Positions 26,872 to 36,915 of a DNA stretch of 64,000 bases are shown in pieces. How positions within the stretch are numbered: position 1 is the first letter of the stretch; the number at the start of each line of letters is the position of its first letter. The DNA is taken from the NCBI GenBank assembly GCA_963788655.1, contig CAWBHS010000100.1:1-64000 (forward strand). The letters run 5' to 3'. Position numbers and translations under genes: made by a program. Origin of the DNA: an uncultured Verrucomicrobiae bacterium (GTDB taxonomy: Bacteria; Verrucomicrobiota; Verrucomicrobiia; Limisphaerales; JAFGQR01). The notes below the pieces were generated by a model that made no database searches, was not told the DNA's origin, and was given only the letters and a program-made list of their open reading frames with translations.

Positions 26872-29805
26872 TTATCTCGCAACCCGATCACGAAACAGAC
26901 CTTCCATTCGTTGGCGAAAGCTCACCAGTTCCTTTTCCTGCGCCGCACTGAAATACCCCAACTGCTGCGCGTAGGTGTCCATCCACGTGGCCAGTCGTTC
27001 TCGATCATCGGCTGTCAGTGCCACGTCTTTGTGACCGCTGACGCTGGTGAGCAATTTCCAGAGCTTGCTGTTGGCCGCGGTACCGGTTCCTGGCAGAGAC
27101 CGGTCGCGTTCGAAGGCTTGTTTCTTCAAATCCTCGTTCGCAAAGGTCATTAGCGACTGCCAGGCTTTGGCGGCGGTTAGATCCAATTGGGCGGCGTCTG
27201 CGTCCTCACTGCCTGGGAAGTGGCAGTTGACGCACTTTTGATCGAGCACTGGTTGCACGAGTTCGCCAAAGCGCAACGGCCACGAACCACTGGGGCCGGG
27301 CGTCAGCTTGGAAGGCTCGCGCAACGCGGCCAGTGCCGGTGGACCGGTCGCCGGTGCGCGGTCGCGATGTTCGTGGCAACCCACACAGGAAAGCGTCTGG
27401 CCCGGCATGGTGTAAGTGAGCGAGCGCATCGTTTGCACCGCCAGACCGTCCGCGTCGAGCGCCTGGAAGAACACCGGCACCCCGCTGGGCACGCGGAAAT
27501 GAGCGGAGCCGTCCGCCTCGACCGGCACCGTACCCAGCACAAACTTACCCGGATCTTCCGCTGACACGCCCAGCACGGGACTGTTCATCTGCGGCTGCAC
27601 CTTCGGCGGTACGCCCACGATGCGGAGTCGTTTGATGCGACCGCGGGCCACGCCGTCAAGGCCTTCATAAACGTTCTGCACCAGGAAACGGCCTTCCTGC
27701 GTCCCCTGCCAATCGGCCATGATCGTTTGAACCGGTGGCCGCGGTCGCGGCGTTACCGGGATCGGGTTCATGCTGGAAATGTCCGGATCGCGATAAAGTA
27801 GTTCCAAATTGCCGAAAGCGTCATAGAGGTAAATACCCATGGCGTTCGGCGGATTTCGGTTGTCCTTCACCAACGAATGCGGCGGCAATTTGGCGTCCGC
27901 CCAGCCGACCAAGAAATAGTCTTCCGTCAACGGCCACGGATTGGCGTAGTAATGTTCCGGCGAGCCTTCGGTTTCAGGGAAACAGACTTCGGGCGTCAGG
28001 CGCGTGATGGGGGCGGCGCCTTCCAAACCGCGGTTGCGATCCAGCAAACACAGGGAACCACCTGTGATGGAATGGTGGGCGCTGGCGGTGAAAACCAGCT
28101 TGTCCGAACCGGGAATCGAGCGCGCTTCGAGCGCCACCTGGGGTTTGGTCGTGTAATTGCCATAGACAAGCTGCGGATTCGTGCCGTCCTGATTGGCCGA
28201 CCAAAGGCTGAAGAAATGGCCGTTGAACCGATCGATGTAATCCCAGCGCGTGTAGAGAATTCGCCCATCGCCGGCCACCGACGGCGCCCATTCGAAATTC
28301 TCGAACGCCGACAACGGCCGCAGGCGGGTGCCGTCGGCATTGATCCCGTGCAGGGTGAACACCGGCACCGGACGCCAATTGTCGCCGCCGCAACGAACGT
28401 AACTGTCAGGCAGGTTCGCTTGGCGCGTTGAATCAGCAAAGGCCATCGTGCTCTGCAGGGCTTGCCCTTTGCGCGTGGACAGGAACAGGAGGTCGCTGCT
28501 GGGCAAATAGCGCGGATCGAAGTCGTCGTATTTGCCATGCGTGATCTGCCGCAACCCGGAGCCGTTCACGTTCATTTCGAAGAGGTGATAAAAGGCGTCC
28601 TCGGGCACGTTGGTTTTATCCGCCTTGTTACGTTCGTTCTGGAGGTCCGGGTAAAACTTGCAATAGGCAAACAGCACTTTGGTGCCGTCGAACGAAAGAT
28701 CCGGTCCCGCGAAATTGCCCTCCGGAAAACGGTCGGTAAGGCAACGAACGCGCGCTTGGCCGGTCTTGAAGTTTTCCAGCACGTAGATGCCGCCGCCGCC
28801 GCGCGACCACCAGCCGTAGTGCTGGTCGGACATGTGGGGGAACATCGTGGGCGCCCGTTTAACGAAAAGAATGGAGTCGAAATTGAGCAGCGGATTCTTT
28901 AGCGCCAGTTGGCGTATGATCCAGTGGGTGCGGAGATAAGTGTCGCGTTGCTGGAAACGCTGATCGGAATCTGATGCGTTCGATGGGTCGGCCGAAGAAT
29001 TCGGTGCGACGGATACACTATTTTTCTCTGAACCGAGGATGATCGGATTCTTGTCCCGAAGCGATTCGATTTCGCGCAAGTTTGCTTGTTCCGTGGTCAC
29101 GTCCACGCCTAGACGTTGCAAACTTTCCGCCAGCTTCAGCCCGCGTTTTACCGTCAAGGCAATCGGGTAATCCGGTTCGTGTGCCGCGAGTGGCGGCGCG
29201 TGCCAAACCGACCATTGGCTGGTACTGCTTTGGGTGGCCGGTCGGTGGAGCGCGACATTGGCTGTTTGTCCCACGGCATAGATTTCGACTTCGTCCAAGT
29301 GGAAATAGTTTTGTCCCGGCAAGGCCAGGCGAACAAAGCGAGCTCGGGCGCCATTAAGTTTCACCATGAGCGGTTTCTGATCCGGATAGCCGTAAAACGC
29401 CGTGCCGTCGTGTGCATAAACTTGCTCGAAGCTTTGACCGTCGCTGGAAAGCAGCACTCGAAGGTGGCCATTGCGGGCGGCAAAACCACCGTCACAACGA
29501 TTCCAAAGCATGACCCGTTCGAGGGCCATGGCTTCGCCGAGATCCACCTGCCACCAGGGATTGGCTTCGAGCGCAGTGTGAAATCCCCATTGACCATTCT
29601 TCACGCCGTCCACCGCGCCGGCGGCGTCGGCTTCGCGGGTGACGGTGGAAGTGCCGGCTGTCGGCGCCAATCGTTTGACATCCTGCCGCAACCAGTCGGC
29701 TTCAATTTGGAGGTGCGTGGGAGGCGGGGCGTTATCCGTTGCTAAAAGCTCCGTTGCGGCCAAGGCGAGAAACGGCAGTGCGCAGATTAATAGCTTATGG
29801 TGCAT
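26872..29805 (-). CDS. Secreted F5/8 (discoidin) + beta-propeller + hydrazine-synthase-alpha-like domain protein with two CxxCH motifs
   Basis: PWWQVDLG; YTRWDY; LGTVPVEADGSAHFRVP..FQALD; CVGCH and CVNCH. Confidence 0.82.
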   Translation of the reverse strand: MHHKLLICALPFLALAATELLATDNAPPPTHLQIEADWLRQDVKRLAPTAGTSTVTREADAAGAVDGVKNGQWGFHTALEANPWWQVDLGEAMALERVMLWNRCDGGFAARNGHLRVLLSSDGQSFEQVYAHDGTAFYGYPDQKPLMVKLNGARARFVRLALPGQNYFHLDEVEIYAVGQTANVALHRPATQSSTSQWSVWHAPPLAAHEPDYPIALTVKRGLKLAESLQRLGVDVTTEQANLREIESLRDKNPIILGSEKNSVSVAPNSSADPSNASDSDQRFQQRDTYLRTHWIIRQLALKNPLLNFDSILFVKRAPTMFPHMSDQHYGWWSRGGGGIYVLENFKTGQARVRCLTDRFPEGNFAGPDLSFDGTKVLFAYCKFYPDLQNERNKADKTNVPEDAFYHLFEMNVNGSGLRQITHGKYDDFDPRYLPSSDLLFLSTRKGQALQSTMAFADSTRQANLPDSYVRCGGDNWRPVPVFTLHGINADGTRLRPLSAFENFEWAPSVAGDGRILYTRWDYIDRFNGHFFSLWSANQDGTNPQLVYGNYTTKPQVALEARSIPGSDKLVFTASAHHSITGGSLCLLDRNRGLEGAAPITRLTPEVCFPETEGSPEHYYANPWPLTEDYFLVGWADAKLPPHSLVKDNRNPPNAMGIYLYDAFGNLELLYRDPDISSMNPIPVTPRPRPPVQTIMADWQGTQEGRFLVQNVYEGLDGVARGRIKRLRIVGVPPKVQPQMNSPVLGVSAEDPGKFVLGTVPVEADGSAHFRVPSGVPVFFQALDADGLAVQTMRSLTYTMPGQTLSCVGCHEHRDRAPATGPPALAALREPSKLTPGPSGSWPLRFGELVQPVLDQKCVNCHFPGSEDADAAQLDLTAAKAWQSLMTFANEDLKKQAFERDRSLPGTGTAANSKLWKLLTSVSGHKDVALTADDRERLATWMDTYAQQLGYFSAAQEKELVSFRQRMEGLFRDRVAR

Positions 29806-30079
29806 AACGCTGGACCGGATACTAATTGGATTGTGCTCGACCGGCCACGGTTATTTTGCCCCGAGGTCTGCGATTGAAGGAACCATCCGCACGAACTCCA
29901 AACGCTGGCGCGACGACCAACGTGCTGCCGGCATCCTGCCGGCAGTTTGGAACAGGCCTTTCGCCAATTACCAAACGTCCAACCGCCCGAAGCGTCTGCC
30001 AACATCGCGCGAGCGCAAAGGTGTCAATTCTTCTGTTTTTCGGAGAATCCAGCCCTGCAGCACCGCAACCAACCGCCGG

Positions 30080-30250
30080 GCAGGGCGAGACTCCGTCGAG
30101 TCCTGATTTCCCCGGAGTGCGTCCTCCAACCAAACGACAGCCAAAGGGAAAACCAGTTATGTCCAAACACTGCCGGTTTCCCCTGTTGTCGCTGCTGGAT
30201 CGGTAAGAACGATGCGGAGAAGTCAGGGCTCGAAGGAGTCTCGCCCTACC
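30080..30250. repeat. REPIN-like inverted doublet (same family as 5492-5665)
   Basis: GCAGGGCGAGACTCCGTCGAGTCCTGA...TCAGGGCTCGAAGGAGTCTCGCCCTAC. Confidence 0.8.
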
Positions 30251-30269
30251 TGGTTACCGCAAGGGTTTA

Positions 30270-30632
30270 AGTTCTCCCTTTTTACATTTTACTTCTGCAT
30301 ACACTAAGTTTGAGACGTTCGTGCGGCTGCCCATCGCCAACCGCCGGGCAATCCACTCGTACGTCACCGTTGTTTCCCGGCGCAGGCGCTGCGCCAGCAA
30401 GCGGTCCTCTCGCGGCCACGGCCGCCCTTGGCCTGGAGGCTTCAAATTGGAAATGATTGGGCATCAGGCGCAGCGCATGCATCTGCCAGCCGACGTGTTC
30501 ACAGCATCGGCTCAGGATTTGCATGAACGATTCCCGATCGTGATCATCATGGAAGATCGACGCGCGACGTTCGCCCCGGCTCATGAAATGATAGATGGCA
30601 CTTTCGTGCTTGAGTTGGAGCTTGCGGGCCAT
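30270..30632 (-). pseudogene. Internally deleted RAYT/Y1 transposase
   Basis: N-terminus MARKLQL...IYHFMSRG.RR..IF.DD.DR...LMPNHF is joined out of frame to the C-terminal LAQRLRRETTVTYEWIARRLAMG. Confidence 0.8.
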
Positions 30633-30872
30633 GGAAATAGCTGATCGGTACGGCGTTTACTGTCAATAGTGAGGACTGACCCGAATGGCCCTTAGGGAGT
30701 GATGTCAATCAGGGGCTCACCCAAAGCAGTAACCGTCGCTGGGATCTATTAGACCGCCTCCCAGCGGCTTGGAAACCGTTCTCGCCGCAACGGGATCACG
30801 GTTTCTTGAGATCTTCGATCAGCATTGCCGCCGCGTCGTCCGAGGCCTGCGAACAATTCTGGTTCGTGCAGA

Positions 30873-31050
30873 CTAGCACCGCAAAGCCTTCTTTGGCATT
30901 ATCAGGATCTGAGCGAAATTGAACCGGTTAGAGCCCTTGTGCGCCAGCAGAACGCCGCCCGCCCATGCCGATCGGTAAACCGCCCAGCCCAACGTGTAAT
31001 CGGCATCACCCGGAGGCGCGTGCAACCAGCGATAGGTTTCCGTTAGCAGT
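30873..31050 (-). pseudogene. C-terminal fragment of a serine hydrolase (beta-lactamase family)
   Basis: YTLGWAV...LAHKGSN...IMPKK. Confidence 0.5.
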
Positions 31051-31148
31051 TCCTGGACACGCTGGGGGAACTGCATGCGCCAAGACCGAATGGCAGGCGC
31101 ATGCGTGGTGTCTGATGCCCAATCATTTTCATCTGGTGGACGAAACTT
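31050..31148 (+). pseudogene. Second RAYT fragment
   Basis: FLDTLGE..CAKTEWQAHAWCLMPNHFHLV.ET. Confidence 0.7.
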
Positions 31149-31212
31149 CGATAAAGAACCGGTCCGTTTACGTTTTCTTGCCAAAGCAGTTCAGAAACGG
31201 TAACTTCGGCGC

Positions 31213-31434
31213 ATGACAACTACTGTCGAGGCAATTTACGAAAAGGGCACCTTAAAGTTGTTCCAGGCACTCCCTTTGCCCGATCAAGCTCACGTCATGG
31301 TAACCATTCAAACCGACGTTCCATCACCAGCGGAAAGCGAACGCGCCACTTGGCTAAAGCTTTCCGAAGACGCACTGACGAAAACCTGGGATAATCTCGA
31401 CGACGAAGTTTTCAATGAGCTTCTCCCGAAATGA
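31213..31434 (+). CDS. AF2212/DUF104-like antitoxin
   Basis: TVEAIYEKGTLK...LP....V.VTI; overlaps the toxin start. Confidence 0.8.
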   Translation: MTTTVEAIYEKGTLKLFQALPLPDQAHVMVTIQTDVPSPAESERATWLKLSEDALTKTWDNLDDEVFNELLPK

Positions 31435-31732
31435 GGTCATCCTGTTGCCGATTCCCTTCACTGACCTGACCAGCCGTAAAGTCCGGCCAGCGGCTATCAT
31501 TGGCTTCAGTAGTTACGCGGGCGACCTATTTGTTGCGCCAATATCTTCACAGCAGCAGAATGTGGACTTGGTGCTCCAGGATTGGCAAGCAGCCGGATTA
31601 AATGTTCCGTGTGGCATCAAGTCGCAGCTTGCCACCATCGAAAACCGACTGGTCGTCAAATCGGTGGGATTCTTATCGGCGAGAGATCGGGCTGCCCTCG
31701 ACCATCGCCTACGCGGCTGGTTGCAGCTCTGA
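31415..31732 (+). CDS. PemK/MazF family toxin
   Basis: VILLPIPFTDLTSRKVRPA, PISSQ, AGL. Confidence 0.85.
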   Translation: MSFSRNEVILLPIPFTDLTSRKVRPAAIIGFSSYAGDLFVAPISSQQQNVDLVLQDWQAAGLNVPCGIKSQLATIENRLVVKSVGFLSARDRAALDHRLRGWLQL

Positions 31733-31807
31733 TGACGGTGCGGTGAATCGCAGAGCGCCTGCAGATCGGCGCGTGGCCAATGTGAATGCGTTGCTGCGTC
31801 TCTGGCT

Positions 31808-32695
31808 TCAATTGGATTCCCGGGGCACGCCGTCGGACAGCGACACCGACGCCCAGAACAGATCGTGATCGGATGCCGCCTGGCTGGGAATCCTCCCCGC
31901 CTCTTGGACTTTAAATTCACCGCTCACCAACACATGGTCGATGATTCGACGGGATTGGTCGGGATACAGACGGTGGTAGGTGTCGGTCACCGGAGCCGGA
32001 TTTCGTATCCGCACACCGGCGTCATTTTTCAAAAGGGTCTTCCCGTAAAGAAAGGTCATGGTTGGGCTGGACTCGGTGGTGTTAAAATCTCCGGTAAGAA
32101 GGTGCGCCCCAGCTTCGCTGGCCATGCGTTCGGCCAGCCGCACCGCGCTGATTTGCCGGGTCGGGCCCTGGCTTCGGTGGTCGAGATGAAAATTGTAGAT
32201 CGTGAACTGGCGGGCCGTTTCCCGGTCCTCCAGTCTTGCCCAGGTGGCGCTGCGAATGCCGATGTTGGTCCCTGGCTTTTCCGGTTCGGCGTTGAGGGTA
32301 AACGCACCCGAGGCCAGTACGTGCAGCCGGCTTTTCCGGATCAGAATTGGATTGGTGTTGTTGGTGGCCGCATGAAAAATGAGCGTGTAGGCCGTCAGGC
32401 CCTCTGCCAGACCGCGCTGCTGTTCGGGCGAAGCCTCTTGCAGCCCCACAATGTCCGGGGCGGCTTCTCGCAGGAGTTGAATCATGGAGGATTCGCGCAC
32501 TTTCCAGACGGGCAACGCCAAATTACCGGCGCGGATTCCGTTTTCCTCCCACATGATATTGAAGGTGGCAATCTTCAAGACCGGGGTGGCCGCCACCGCC
32601 GGATCGGGCGTTCCCAGGAGCGCCACTGCCGCCCATAGAAAGAATGGGATTTTCCTAACCGAATACGCCCAGATGGATGCCAGCAGCTTTCTCAT
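31808..32695 (-). CDS. Endonuclease/exonuclease/phosphatase family protein
   Basis: TFNI, GLQE, HLDH, GDFN, IDHV, SDH. Confidence 0.92.
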   Translation of the reverse strand: MRKLLASIWAYSVRKIPFFLWAAVALLGTPDPAVAATPVLKIATFNIMWEENGIRAGNLALPVWKVRESSMIQLLREAAPDIVGLQEASPEQQRGLAEGLTAYTLIFHAATNNTNPILIRKSRLHVLASGAFTLNAEPEKPGTNIGIRSATWARLEDRETARQFTIYNFHLDHRSQGPTRQISAVRLAERMASEAGAHLLTGDFNTTESSPTMTFLYGKTLLKNDAGVRIRNPAPVTDTYHRLYPDQSRRIIDHVLVSGEFKVQEAGRIPSQAASDHDLFWASVSLSDGVPRESN

Positions 32696-34203
32696 CAGTT
32701 GTTCTCCTTGGGATTACTGGATTCGTGGGCCAGGTAAAGCACCGCTGGCCCATTGAACGGCGCCGTGAACTGTCGGTGACTGCCACCGCGCACTTTGCCA
32801 GCCTCGGTTGCTTTCGCTTGTGTCGGATCAAACCACTCTACCCGCAACTCACCTTTGGCGTTGGAAAGGTCAACCACTATTTTCCAGCCGTTGGGAGCAT
32901 AGACAAGATATTCCTTGCCGGGATTGGCCAGGCAATAGCCCGTGTTCGCCAGATCGCCGCGCGGGACCGCGTGGGCGAGATCCATGCATTGCGCGTACGC
33001 CCGGGCCTGGCTGACATTCTGTCGAATCCGGCGCCACTCAGGTCCCTCGGCATCCGGGCGTTCAAAGGGCTTGTCATAAAGATTGAAATGATAACCCCGC
33101 GTGAAGGCGCTCCAAACAAATCCGGCATCATTGCTTCCGGCCGCAACGTGGTCCATATCGACGATTCCCGGCTTCCCGGTATGATTGGGCGGGGGATTTT
33201 TCCGGCGGTAGGCACCCGAGTTCCAACTGCCCGCCACGGCAAAGCAATCGGCCGGACTGGCGAGCAAAACATCGCGGGACATCTGATGCCACTGGCCCGT
33301 GCGGGTTCTTCCACCCGGTGACATTAAGACAAGATGCTGCTTGGGCTTGCCCTGTTCGTAGTCCTTGATGAACTCGATCATCCGGCGCTGCCAGTCCGGG
33401 GCATACAGTTCGTTGGCGATCTCCAAGAATACATTGTCCAGAGGGTTGACCGTATTGATGACTTTTCGGACGTAGGCTCTTTGCAGGGTGAGAATCCGCT
33501 CGTCGGTGGTATAAAAGAACTCGATCCCCTTGCCATCGCCGTTGTCGTCCGTGTCGATGCCGTTGACGTTATTGGCGCGGTTGAAGACGTTACCGTCCCA
33601 CAGCGTCTGTCGCGGCGTCCCGCAGGCCTCGCCCTCAAGGAAGCCATAGACCTCAAAAAGCATGATCGACACGTAAATCCCTCGTTCCTGAAGATCCTCG
33701 CAACGACTCCGCATCCGCCGGAAGAACCGTTCGTCAAATTGATTCAGATCGAATCGGTTGCCGCCGTCACGGGCTTTTCCTTTACTCGCCACGCGCTGGT
33801 AAGGCATGGGAAATGCAATCGCCTGGTTGATCGGCGCCATGGACCCGCTCCCGGTGCTCCAGATGACCCAATTGCGCAGGTAATTGAAATGGTGTTCGCT
33901 CAGGAAGTCCAGGTAGCCGTCCCAGTCGAGCTTCCGCTGCCGGCTGCGGGTGAAGGGCTTGTTGAAGGAATTATCCTGCAAATCCACAAAACTTTGATGT
34001 CCGGCGAGGTAGATTGCCTTACCGCTGCCATCCGTGAAATAACGCGGATTTTCCGGATGGACCCGGAGTAGTTTCACGGCGGCTGACGAACCTGCTGCGG
34101 CACGAACAGCCGTCTTGTCCTGGGCAGCCGAAGGATTGAGGCTCAGGAACACAGCGGAAAAAATCACACCGGCGGTCAATGCCTGACTGACTGAGTTTGC
34201 CAT
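32695..34203 (-). CDS. Secreted glycoside-hydrolase-like TIM-barrel protein with a C-terminal putative collagen-binding domain
   Basis: NPRYFTD..GK.IYL.G, EIANE, YCLANPGKEYLVY, VEWFDP, FTAPF; start is uncertain. Confidence 0.7.
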   Translation of the reverse strand: MANSVSQALTAGVIFSAVFLSLNPSAAQDKTAVRAAAGSSAAVKLLRVHPENPRYFTDGSGKAIYLAGHQSFVDLQDNSFNKPFTRSRQRKLDWDGYLDFLSEHHFNYLRNWVIWSTGSGSMAPINQAIAFPMPYQRVASKGKARDGGNRFDLNQFDERFFRRMRSRCEDLQERGIYVSIMLFEVYGFLEGEACGTPRQTLWDGNVFNRANNVNGIDTDDNGDGKGIEFFYTTDERILTLQRAYVRKVINTVNPLDNVFLEIANELYAPDWQRRMIEFIKDYEQGKPKQHLVLMSPGGRTRTGQWHQMSRDVLLASPADCFAVAGSWNSGAYRRKNPPPNHTGKPGIVDMDHVAAGSNDAGFVWSAFTRGYHFNLYDKPFERPDAEGPEWRRIRQNVSQARAYAQCMDLAHAVPRGDLANTGYCLANPGKEYLVYAPNGWKIVVDLSNAKGELRVEWFDPTQAKATEAGKVRGGSHRQFTAPFNGPAVLYLAHESSNPKENN

Positions 34204-34297
34204 GTTTGTTTTCGTCTTCACTTTGTTACGATGAATGGTCACCGTTGCGGCGGTAATGATCGATTAGTAGCATGGGCCACAGAATGGCGCCAGACCT

Positions 34298-34410
34298 GTA
34301 GCGCAAATTTGCAATCTGCCGCGCGCCACACCAACTCCCGCTGGCCTCGGAGCTACGGATGGCCTGCCGAATGCAATTCGGCGATACAGCAGATTAAAAA
34401 TCTGCGCTAC
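34298..34410. repeat. REPIN-like doublet (GTAGCGCAxAT family)
   Basis: GTAGCGCAAATTTGCAATCTGC...GCAGATTAAAAATCTGCGCTAC. Confidence 0.75.
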
Positions 34411-34542
34411 GGCAAACTGTAGCCCATCCGGCGCTCCCATCAGTAAGAACCGATTATAAAAATGTAACAGCCAACGTAAGGCTCATTCCGGCCAGTCAAA
34501 ACACGCTTTTCCGAAAAAGGATGAGCCTCCTTATGTCGGCTG

Positions 34543-36915
34543 CTACGGACCGGCTGGCGTTCTTAAGACAGGCGCTAGTATCACCGCGTCAATGCCCGCA
34601 CAGTAGCCGCTGGATTTGGCATTCTGGTCCACGGCTTGGAGACGCAGGATGTTCTCTCCTGGCCGGACTTCAATCGTTCCAAGCTCCACCGTCTTGGTGT
34701 CCACCTCCGGCGAGTAGGTGTCGAGGGAATCACTCAAGAGCGTGTCATTGAATTGCAGGCGAACCATGGCGTAGTCCCAAGAGGTCACCAACCGAAGTCG
34801 CAGGGCGTATCTACCAGGCTTCACAGAATCCACAAGAAGGAGATCGATAAAGTCTCCCGGCTGGCCCATTCGAATGAACAACAAGCGTTCGGCTGAAAGC
34901 GGCGGAAAGGAGGTCACTCCCACGCGTTGCTTCGTCACGGTCACACCGTCACTTTTGGCTTTCGTCGTAAACTCTTCGGCCTCCAGGGCGCCTTCGATCC
35001 GAAAAGGATTGGGCCAGTTGCCGATCCATCCGCCAGGGTTACGACTATCGCCGTGGATGGAATAAACATCGAAACTCTGTGGATTGAACTTACCTGGTTG
35101 GGCATAACGATACGGTTGTTCCCAGGGATCAACTGGCAACTCCCTCACGTACGGCCAACGGCGTTCGGTCGCCTGCAAACGGTTGGGACAGCGCACCAGT
35201 TCTTCCAGGTTGCGCGGAGACTCGCCCAATTCCTTTTGGAATCGCTTAATGGCGGCATCCAATTTTCCAACGGTTTGCTGAGCCTGTTGCACCATGACCG
35301 CAAAACGCGCTTTCTCATCCGCCAGGTATTGCTGCATCTGGCCATAGAGGTCGTTCCACGGAACCCGACGCAGCGAAATGCCATCCAAACGGCAGTTCAG
35401 CCCTGGTTCCTTGAAATTGTCCCCCCTGGCCAACGGATTTGAGCCAACGCATTCAAATCGAAAAACGTAGTCTCCCGCTGCCAGCTTGTGGATGCCGACC
35501 TTGTTCTCGAACCACGTTCCATACAGGAAATTCTCCGGACGATTCTCCTGCCAAGCCAGGTAGGGATCGTAGAAATCCATGGCCGGATCAAGCAGGATTT
35601 CTTCCCCCGAATTCTTGAGCGTCAGTTTCCAGATACCGCCACTGTGATACAGGCATTGAAAAACGGAAATCGAATACGGCCATTCCTCCGCGACGTGGCA
35701 GGGGACTTCGAACCAACCGCCGACGCGGGAATTGTCCACATAAAGACCGCGCTTCAAATTGCAGACGCGGTTGCTGTGCCGCCGGACTGTTGTGCCGTCG
35801 GAAGAATTGATCTCGGACGCCATGTCCGCAGTTTCGAGAAAGATTTCAGGATTGATCCGCTCTTCAACCGGGGGAAACCGATCCAACCGTTGGGCGATGT
35901 CTTTCTGATACCAGAACGCGACCGACGAACAGAAATCTGGTCGATATTTGAAGTCGTAGGTGGTTCGTTCGCCGGTTTCCGGATTCGTCACTTGCGCGTA
36001 ACTGCGTCGTTCGATTTCCACTTTCAGCGATTTGCTGAATGTGACCGGTGCCTGGACGTGCCAACGGTAGGCAGTAAAGCGGCAGTCTTCGCCGTTGGGC
36101 TCTTTGATGGTCACGCCGGTGTTCGGATTGGCAAACAGCCGAAGATTCCAGGCATCGTTAAAAAAATCCTCGCAGCCCGTTCCCACAACGGAAGGCTCGG
36201 TTTCGCCATCAATGTAGAACCGGTCATCCGATTCGCCGAACCAACTGCCATAACTGCACTGGATGGAGAACACCGTACCCACGTAATGTCCTTCCCCCTG
36301 ACCTTGAAAAATGACATACGGCGAAAACGGTTTGGCCGGGAATTCCTGACGATAGCGGGCATGAAAATACAGCATGTCGTCCGGCAAACGCGGCAGTTCC
36401 ATCCAGTCGAACTGCCAATACACGGTCAATCGGTGGTCGCCTTCGTTGGTCATCTCGATCCGTGCTTCCCGGCGGAACGGCATCCGCCAATAGCAGTTGA
36501 GCGCCCGGCCGTACGAGGTGACTTGGATCGGCAGCGTGTTCACGTTGGCGCGCGTTCCGTTGCCGGCGGCAAAGAAATCGCCGATCGGCGTTTCCACCGA
36601 CGGCACTTTCGCGCCGTCCCAGTAAATACGGAGCACCAAGGTGCGCGGCCATCGCCGGTCCTGCCCGGCAATGGTGAACCATATATGCCGGATTTCCCCG
36701 GGGCCTTTGAGCCTGGTCAACTCGACCGTCTCGCCGGCAGCAATATGGTAGGCGTCCGCGTTCGATTCGGGATCGAACAGGCCGCTGGAAGCCCGCCGTG
36801 CTTTGCCTTCGATATGCCGGGTGATTTCGGCGAGGGGATCATCGGCCAGAAGTGAGCGTAGCCCCAGTGTCAAAGCAATTGCCAAAAGCAGGAATTCCAC
36901 TCGCGGAGAATTCAT
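34543..36915 (-). CDS. DUF2961/GH172-like glycoside hydrolase with an inserted GspG-like domain and a C-terminal beta-sandwich
   Basis: GPGEIRHIWFT, P.GDFF, NCYWRMPF, WFGESDD, GTGCEDFFN; DPWEQPYRYAQPG...FDVYS.G.D. Confidence 0.82.
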   Translation of the reverse strand: MNSPRVEFLLLAIALTLGLRSLLADDPLAEITRHIEGKARRASSGLFDPESNADAYHIAAGETVELTRLKGPGEIRHIWFTIAGQDRRWPRTLVLRIYWDGAKVPSVETPIGDFFAAGNGTRANVNTLPIQVTSYGRALNCYWRMPFRREARIEMTNEGDHRLTVYWQFDWMELPRLPDDMLYFHARYRQEFPAKPFSPYVIFQGQGEGHYVGTVFSIQCSYGSWFGESDDRFYIDGETEPSVVGTGCEDFFNDAWNLRLFANPNTGVTIKEPNGEDCRFTAYRWHVQAPVTFSKSLKVEIERRSYAQVTNPETGERTTYDFKYRPDFCSSVAFWYQKDIAQRLDRFPPVEERINPEIFLETADMASEINSSDGTTVRRHSNRVCNLKRGLYVDNSRVGGWFEVPCHVAEEWPYSISVFQCLYHSGGIWKLTLKNSGEEILLDPAMDFYDPYLAWQENRPENFLYGTWFENKVGIHKLAAGDYVFRFECVGSNPLARGDNFKEPGLNCRLDGISLRRVPWNDLYGQMQQYLADEKARFAVMVQQAQQTVGKLDAAIKRFQKELGESPRNLEELVRCPNRLQATERRWPYVRELPVDPWEQPYRYAQPGKFNPQSFDVYSIHGDSRNPGGWIGNWPNPFRIEGALEAEEFTTKAKSDGVTVTKQRVGVTSFPPLSAERLLFIRMGQPGDFIDLLLVDSVKPGRYALRLRLVTSWDYAMVRLQFNDTLLSDSLDTYSPEVDTKTVELGTIEVRPGENILRLQAVDQNAKSSGYCAGIDAVILAPVLRTPAGP

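Noticed and set aside
26872..29805. Evidence for anammox metabolism
   Set aside because: No hzsB/hzsC/hdh nearby, and HZS-alpha-like domains occur outside anammox bacteria.
35488..36855. Long antisense ORFs (also 39325-40398, 45954-47090, 61163-62293)
   Set aside because: Shadow frames of real GC-rich genes with no recognisable motifs.
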